Of a stretch of DNA of 64,000 nucleotides, positions 59,062-64,000 are shown one piece after another. This DNA comes from the human T2T-CHM13v2.0 reference genome, Homo sapiens. Position 1 is the first letter of the stretch; every line of letters begins with the position of its first letter. The notes below the pieces were generated by a model that had not been told where the DNA came from, did no database searches, and saw only the letters and a program-made list of their open reading frames with translations. The stretch lies in assembly GCF_009914755.1 (NCBI RefSeq), contig NC_060928.1; one strand, written 5' to 3'. The translations under genes were made by a program, and so were the position numbers.

Positions 59062-61303
59062 ATTTTTTTTGTAAGGGGACCTGAGATAATTTTGTTTTTT
59101 GAACAAAGAGAAAACAATAAAAAATTCTAACCAATAAATGATACAGTGTGAACTTCAGTCTAATTAGATATACAAGTAAACCTTATCCAACCATAGGACA
59201 ATGAATTGTTGCAAAATGATCATGGCTTGAATTATGGTTTTTTTGTTTGTTTTAAATAAGGAAACTATAAAGCCACTCTTTATAAGCATTTATAAAACTG
59301 TGGCTCCATAATGGTTTCTCATTATTTAGGTAAAGTGACATTGAAGATAAAATACATATTTTCTGCAGAATAGTTAAAAATTTCTATAGCATACCAACAA
59401 TTTTAGATCACTTTATATGTTATGAAATTTTCCTTAGTTGATTGAACTTTAAGAGAAAAATGTGACTAAGGAAAATAAAAAGAAATCTTATTTTCTTAAA
59501 CAAATATGTTACATTCCATATACAAGTTTGGAAATTCATTATACTTAACAAATTTAACATGTATGTCTGAACCCAGTTTCACTCTGGAACCAATAATTTG
59601 AAATGTTCCTTATCTATAAATAGAAATTAGTTGAATTAGACAGAATGGCCTAGTTTCACTTATGTGAAAATTCTCTTGTATGATATGTTCGATTTGGAAG
59701 ATAATATTCTGCTCATTTTGTTATACAGATTAAGGAAGTAAACAGATCCCCTTTACTTTGTACCCTGTTAAAAATAATTTCATAAAATGAAGTTTCACTC
59801 ATTGGGGACATTTTTTATCCTGAAATTTTTGATGAAATATTCAAGTTTTACCTTGTATAATGACAATAAAATTCTTTTTGAGATCTGTAGCATTCAGTGC
59901 CTTGATTCAATAGTACCAGCAATGAAAGTTGAAGCAATGTCTAATTCAGTCCCTTTATCTTAAAGAGCTAGAAATATTTATAGATTTGATTTTATTTTGA
60001 ATACATTTAAATAAATGAGGTAGGTAATTATTAGTGTGCATACGGGTGCATCCCCAAATACTGTAAATCACCAAAAGTTTTCAGCAGTATAAGCCTCCTC
60101 ATTTTTATTATACTATTGATCTCAGTATCTTATGTAAAAGTAGTTACATTTCTTGGAATATTTTGTCACCTCTCCACATTATTTCACAATGGGACACATA
60201 TCAGAAGTAGTTTAATTTAATAAACAACATACATTTATCAAGCACTTAGCATGTATCGAGCATGGCTGTTAATGCTGGGGGTTGAAAGAAACAGCCGTTT
60301 CTCCCTTCACTGAAGTTACATTCTGTCTGGGTAGAAAATTTAAAAATAATAAAAATGCCATGTTAAGAGTAATTAATAAGACTGTATATAAATTGCAATG
60401 GTCAAACAAGCGGTTGATAAAGGAGAAGTGTGTCCAGTAAAGCAAGGGCATTGCTTGAAATGAGTTATGGAAGTATACCACAACCATTTTAGTATGATTT
60501 AGAGTTAAAACTTTAGTTCCCATTTGATTATTGCACTTGATTCATTTACTATATCAGTTCACATTTATTCCATATTAATAAATGATGATTCATGATGCAA
60601 AGATAAAAATTAAGTTGTCAAATTGATTTTTAAAATAAAATATATATTATCAGATACATAAATATGATAAATATATTTCATTATTTCTTTAGAGACAATT
60701 ATTTATGTGTAGAACTAGCTGATATAGAATATGTAGAAATTATTTCAGTGTTTACAAGTCTACAATTGAACAAGTTCAATTTAAAATATTTCATAAGCTT
60801 GTATGATATCATTGGGGCTAGAGTAGACGTGATACTAAATGTAGGAAATAAATGGAATAAACACTCAGAGAGGAACTATATGTTTTGTCTTAAAACTTCA
60901 TTAAGTCTAAGAATTGATATTTTGTTGCTGGATGAATTGGTGGTTTGTGAGTTATAGTGAATATATCTCCCTGTTACATTCCTGTCGTTGTCCTATCCAT
61001 TGTCCTATTGTTGGATGTTTCACTTGTATATCCCATGTTACATAATTTTATCATAGAGAGCAAAAGAATTTGACTACAGTAAACTTAATGCTTTGCCATG
61101 TACAGATGTATGACAAAGAACATGTTATTTTGAAAGTTTTTGCTCTTATATTTTCTTTGCAGTCTGACTTCTTAATATTTGCTTCATTTTCATGTATGTG
61201 TTTTTACAAAGCATTCTCTTGGTATCACTAACCAAATACCTGTTTAGAGAAACAAAAGGCCAACTGGGGATGAAAACAGTTTATTTACTTACTGCACAGT
61301 ATG

Positions 61304-62390
61304 TTTCTTATTATGTGCCACTCAGCTATCTTCTTTTATAAAGTGCCTGTTAAAGTCTTTAGCCCAATTTTTAAAAATTGAGTTATTTTCTCTCGCTTGT
61401 AATAATTTGTGGGTATTTTCAAAACTATTTTCTAGATACAATTTCTTGTTCAGTTTGTGTATTGTCAAATATATTACATTATTAACCTGCCTGTACAGAG
61501 CAGTAGTTTCTAATACTGATAAACTTTTACCTATTAATATTTTTTCTTGTTCTTAACACTTAAATCTTGACTAAAAAAAAAACTTGTTCACTCTGAAATC
61601 ATGAATATTTATGTTTTCATCTAGAAATGCTATAGTTTTAGCTTTTATAGCCTTAGCTTTTAAATTTAGATTTATAACCCATCCGGAATTATTTTTTGTC
61701 TATGATGACTGCTGGGGCTAACAGTTTAATCCTTTTGATTTGTTATTATGACTATTAAAATGTAAACAAATGTAAAACAGGTTATTGAGGCAAAAACTAT
61801 TTTCATGGTGTCTATTCAATATCTTCATGAACATAAGTATCCTTGAGGGAATTTTAAAATTGCACCCATTTTGTGAAATTATTTCGTATTCTATTTATGT
61901 TTTCATTTATCATTATTATCACTCCTGAATTAGTAAATGCTGTTAATAATCAACAAACTTATACAATCACAGTCTTTGAATTTTTTTTTTTTACTTTTTC
62001 CTCAAGCCTTTATCCTATATCAGGTGTTGTACTTGGATTTAGACATTTTGGAAAGTATCCAACTTTTTTTGTAATTTCGGTAGTAGCAGTACAACTTGTT
62101 CCCTAAAAAGCTAAATAGCCACAACAAATGTACAATGATCGGTTAGAGTGGGACTGAGAGGCAATGTTTCCCAATATGTAGAGGAGGGATTCAGAAACAT
62201 TTAATAATGGTGTGATCCTGTATAACTTACTTTATCTCCTTGTGTATCTCCTTGTTTATAAGATAAAATCATGATAGTGTCTGCTGATAGGGTTATGGGG
62301 ATTAAATTAATGTTAACATTTGTAAAGTGTTTGGAATGGTGTCAACCACACAGTAAAATTATATAATTGCTTTACTATTACTATTGTAAG
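61304..62390 (+). repeat. 1.1-kb direct duplication, copy 2 (1087 bp)
   Basis: By eye it differs from copy 1 only at homopolymers: A10 vs A12, and T12 vs TTC-T22. These account for the whole 15-bp length difference. Confidence 0.97.
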
Positions 62391-62749
62391 TAATTATTGT
62401 AGCGATTCAATAAATGAAATGTTTGGTATAACTTCTGGTTTTAATGGAACAGAGTTTTCAGGAGACCCATGAACAACAATGGGGGGAAAAGCATAAGTGG
62501 GTATGGAAACGTTGGAAGAAGGAAACACTAAGATATAAATATAAAGAACATATTATGAAGGTAAGAGAAGACTCACCACAGGAGGTGGTCAGAAACCTGG
62601 AGATCTAACCTCAGAGTTGTGAAATACCCATCTATTTCTAGATTAAAGTCTGTAAGGTACACCTTGTAGTTAAGTAGTTAAGTAGTAAGTAGTAGCTACA
62701 CCTTGTAGTTAAGTAGTTACTATAGTTAACTTTTAGTAAAGTGGTTAGT

Positions 62750-62855
62750 TATATATATATTATATATATATTATATATATATATTATATATATTATATAT
62801 ATATAATATATATATTATATATATATATTATATATATATGTATATAGTTATATAT
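62750..62855. repeat. (TA)n-rich microsatellite
   Basis: Read directly. Confidence 0.93.
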
Positions 62856-62859
62856 GAGG

Positions 62860-63306
62860 AAGAGGTAACGGGAGAGAGGGAAAGATTATGAAAATTTGCC
62901 ATATGACTATGGAGGTAGAGAATTCCCAACAGTTTACCATCTATAAGCTATAAAACCAAGAAAGCTCATGGTGAAATTCAAAGTTTGAAGGCTTGAGAAC
63001 CAGATGAGGCAATGTTGTAACTCCAAGCCTGAGTGTGAAGGCACAAGAACCATGAGCTCTGATGCCTAATACCAGGAGAAATGATAGAATTTGCCCTTCT
63101 TCTGCCTTTTTTTTTTCTTTTCAGACCCTCAACTGATTGGATGATGCCCACCCACATTGGTGAGGGCAGATCTTTACCCCATCTACTGATTCCTATATTA
63201 ATCTCTTCCAGAAACATTCTCACAGGCACACCTACAAGTAATGTTTTACCAGCTATCTGGGCATTGCTTGGCCCAATCAGGTTGACATGTAAAATTAACC
63301 ATCACA
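62860..63306 (-). mobile_element. MLT2 (ERVL) LTR
   Basis: CCCTCAACTGATTGGATGATGCCCACCCACATTGGTGAGGGC...GTTGACATGTAAAATTAACCATCACA. Confidence 0.88.
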
Positions 63307-64000
63307 AGTCCATCACTGGGTACCCATAGGTATTTCCTTGAACCATACTTAATAACCAAATAAAGACAATAACAAGGTCATAATTCTGCTTAACATTATA
63401 CAACTATCCTGCCTGCAACCAAAATGGAACTAATTCTTTCCTCTGAAGTGGAGGTAAAATCCTGGAGTAATTTTTACTCTTGATATCTCGTAACTTAGAA
63501 ACTAGGATGTGAAATTAACAATAACTAAGTAGAGATGCTCTTCGACTGGTGATCTTATGTCTCTGTAAACTCTTCATAAGTTATAAATATTATTAAGTCA
63601 GAAGTTCACATTTGACTTAATACGTTCAACTTACAAAGGGTTTATCAGACATAACTCCATCATAAGTGGAGGAGCATATTGAATGCATATCACTTTCACA
63701 CCATTGTACATTTGAAAAATCATAAGTTGAACCATCATAAGCTGGGGACTGTATGTAATGTTATGAGGTCAATATCTATTACATTTCATAATATAGGAGA
63801 GGGGAAAAACAATAGATTTGCTTAATATATGTATATATGCATACCAACATATTTATAACAAAATAAGGAGGAAATATTCATGATACTGGCAGTTCTCATT
63901 ACTTTAGCAAGTCATTCGGTTATAGCTGGTATTTATAACGACCTTCTTCTACTACCCATTTCATATTCCCTTTGCCTTCAACAATCACTTCCACTGGTCA
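63307..64000 (-). mobile_element. ERVL internal sequence adjoining the MLT2 LTR, interrupted by a Tigger4/MER46-like element (~63532-63753)
   Basis: Follows ACCATCACA directly. The insert has AGATGCTCTTCGACT...AACCATCATAAGCTGGGGACTGTA ends. Confidence 0.6.

Noticed and set aside
58531-62106. Duplicated signal-peptide-like microprotein MKLFRILFMF...
   Set aside because: Starts at GTG, the frame differs between copies at the poly-T, and the hydrophobicity reflects T-rich DNA.
57960-62390. LTR retroelement with two 1.1-kb LTRs
   Set aside because: No TG...CA termini, TSD, PBS/PPT or gag/pol remnants; the unit is made of L1M and MIR fragments.

Overview
Primate, most likely human, genomic DNA from the GRID2 gene (glutamate receptor delta-2, GluD2), transcribed on the + strand. 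The only credible coding sequence is a 156-bp internal exon at 1877-2032, which I recognise as exon 2 (start of the amino-terminal domain). The remaining ~62 kb is AT-rich intron dense with Alu, L1, MIR, L2, MaLR/ERVL LTRs, DNA-transposon fossils and microsatellites. The other ORF-track entries are repeat-derived or chance ORFs. I find no demonstrable new biological system. The most notable structures are: (1) a near-identical 1.1-kb interspersed direct duplication (57960-59061 and 61304-62390); (2) a young L1PA 3' end with an apparent 3' transduction; (3) a ~170-bp imperfect palindrome that I cannot assign to a repeat family; (4) a MER85 piggyBac element with an intact internal palindrome; (5) two 5'-inverted L1s; (6) a candidate internal promoter or first exon after a (GA)n tract. 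Repeat subfamily calls come from remembered consensus sequences, and the boundaries of old repeats are approximate.
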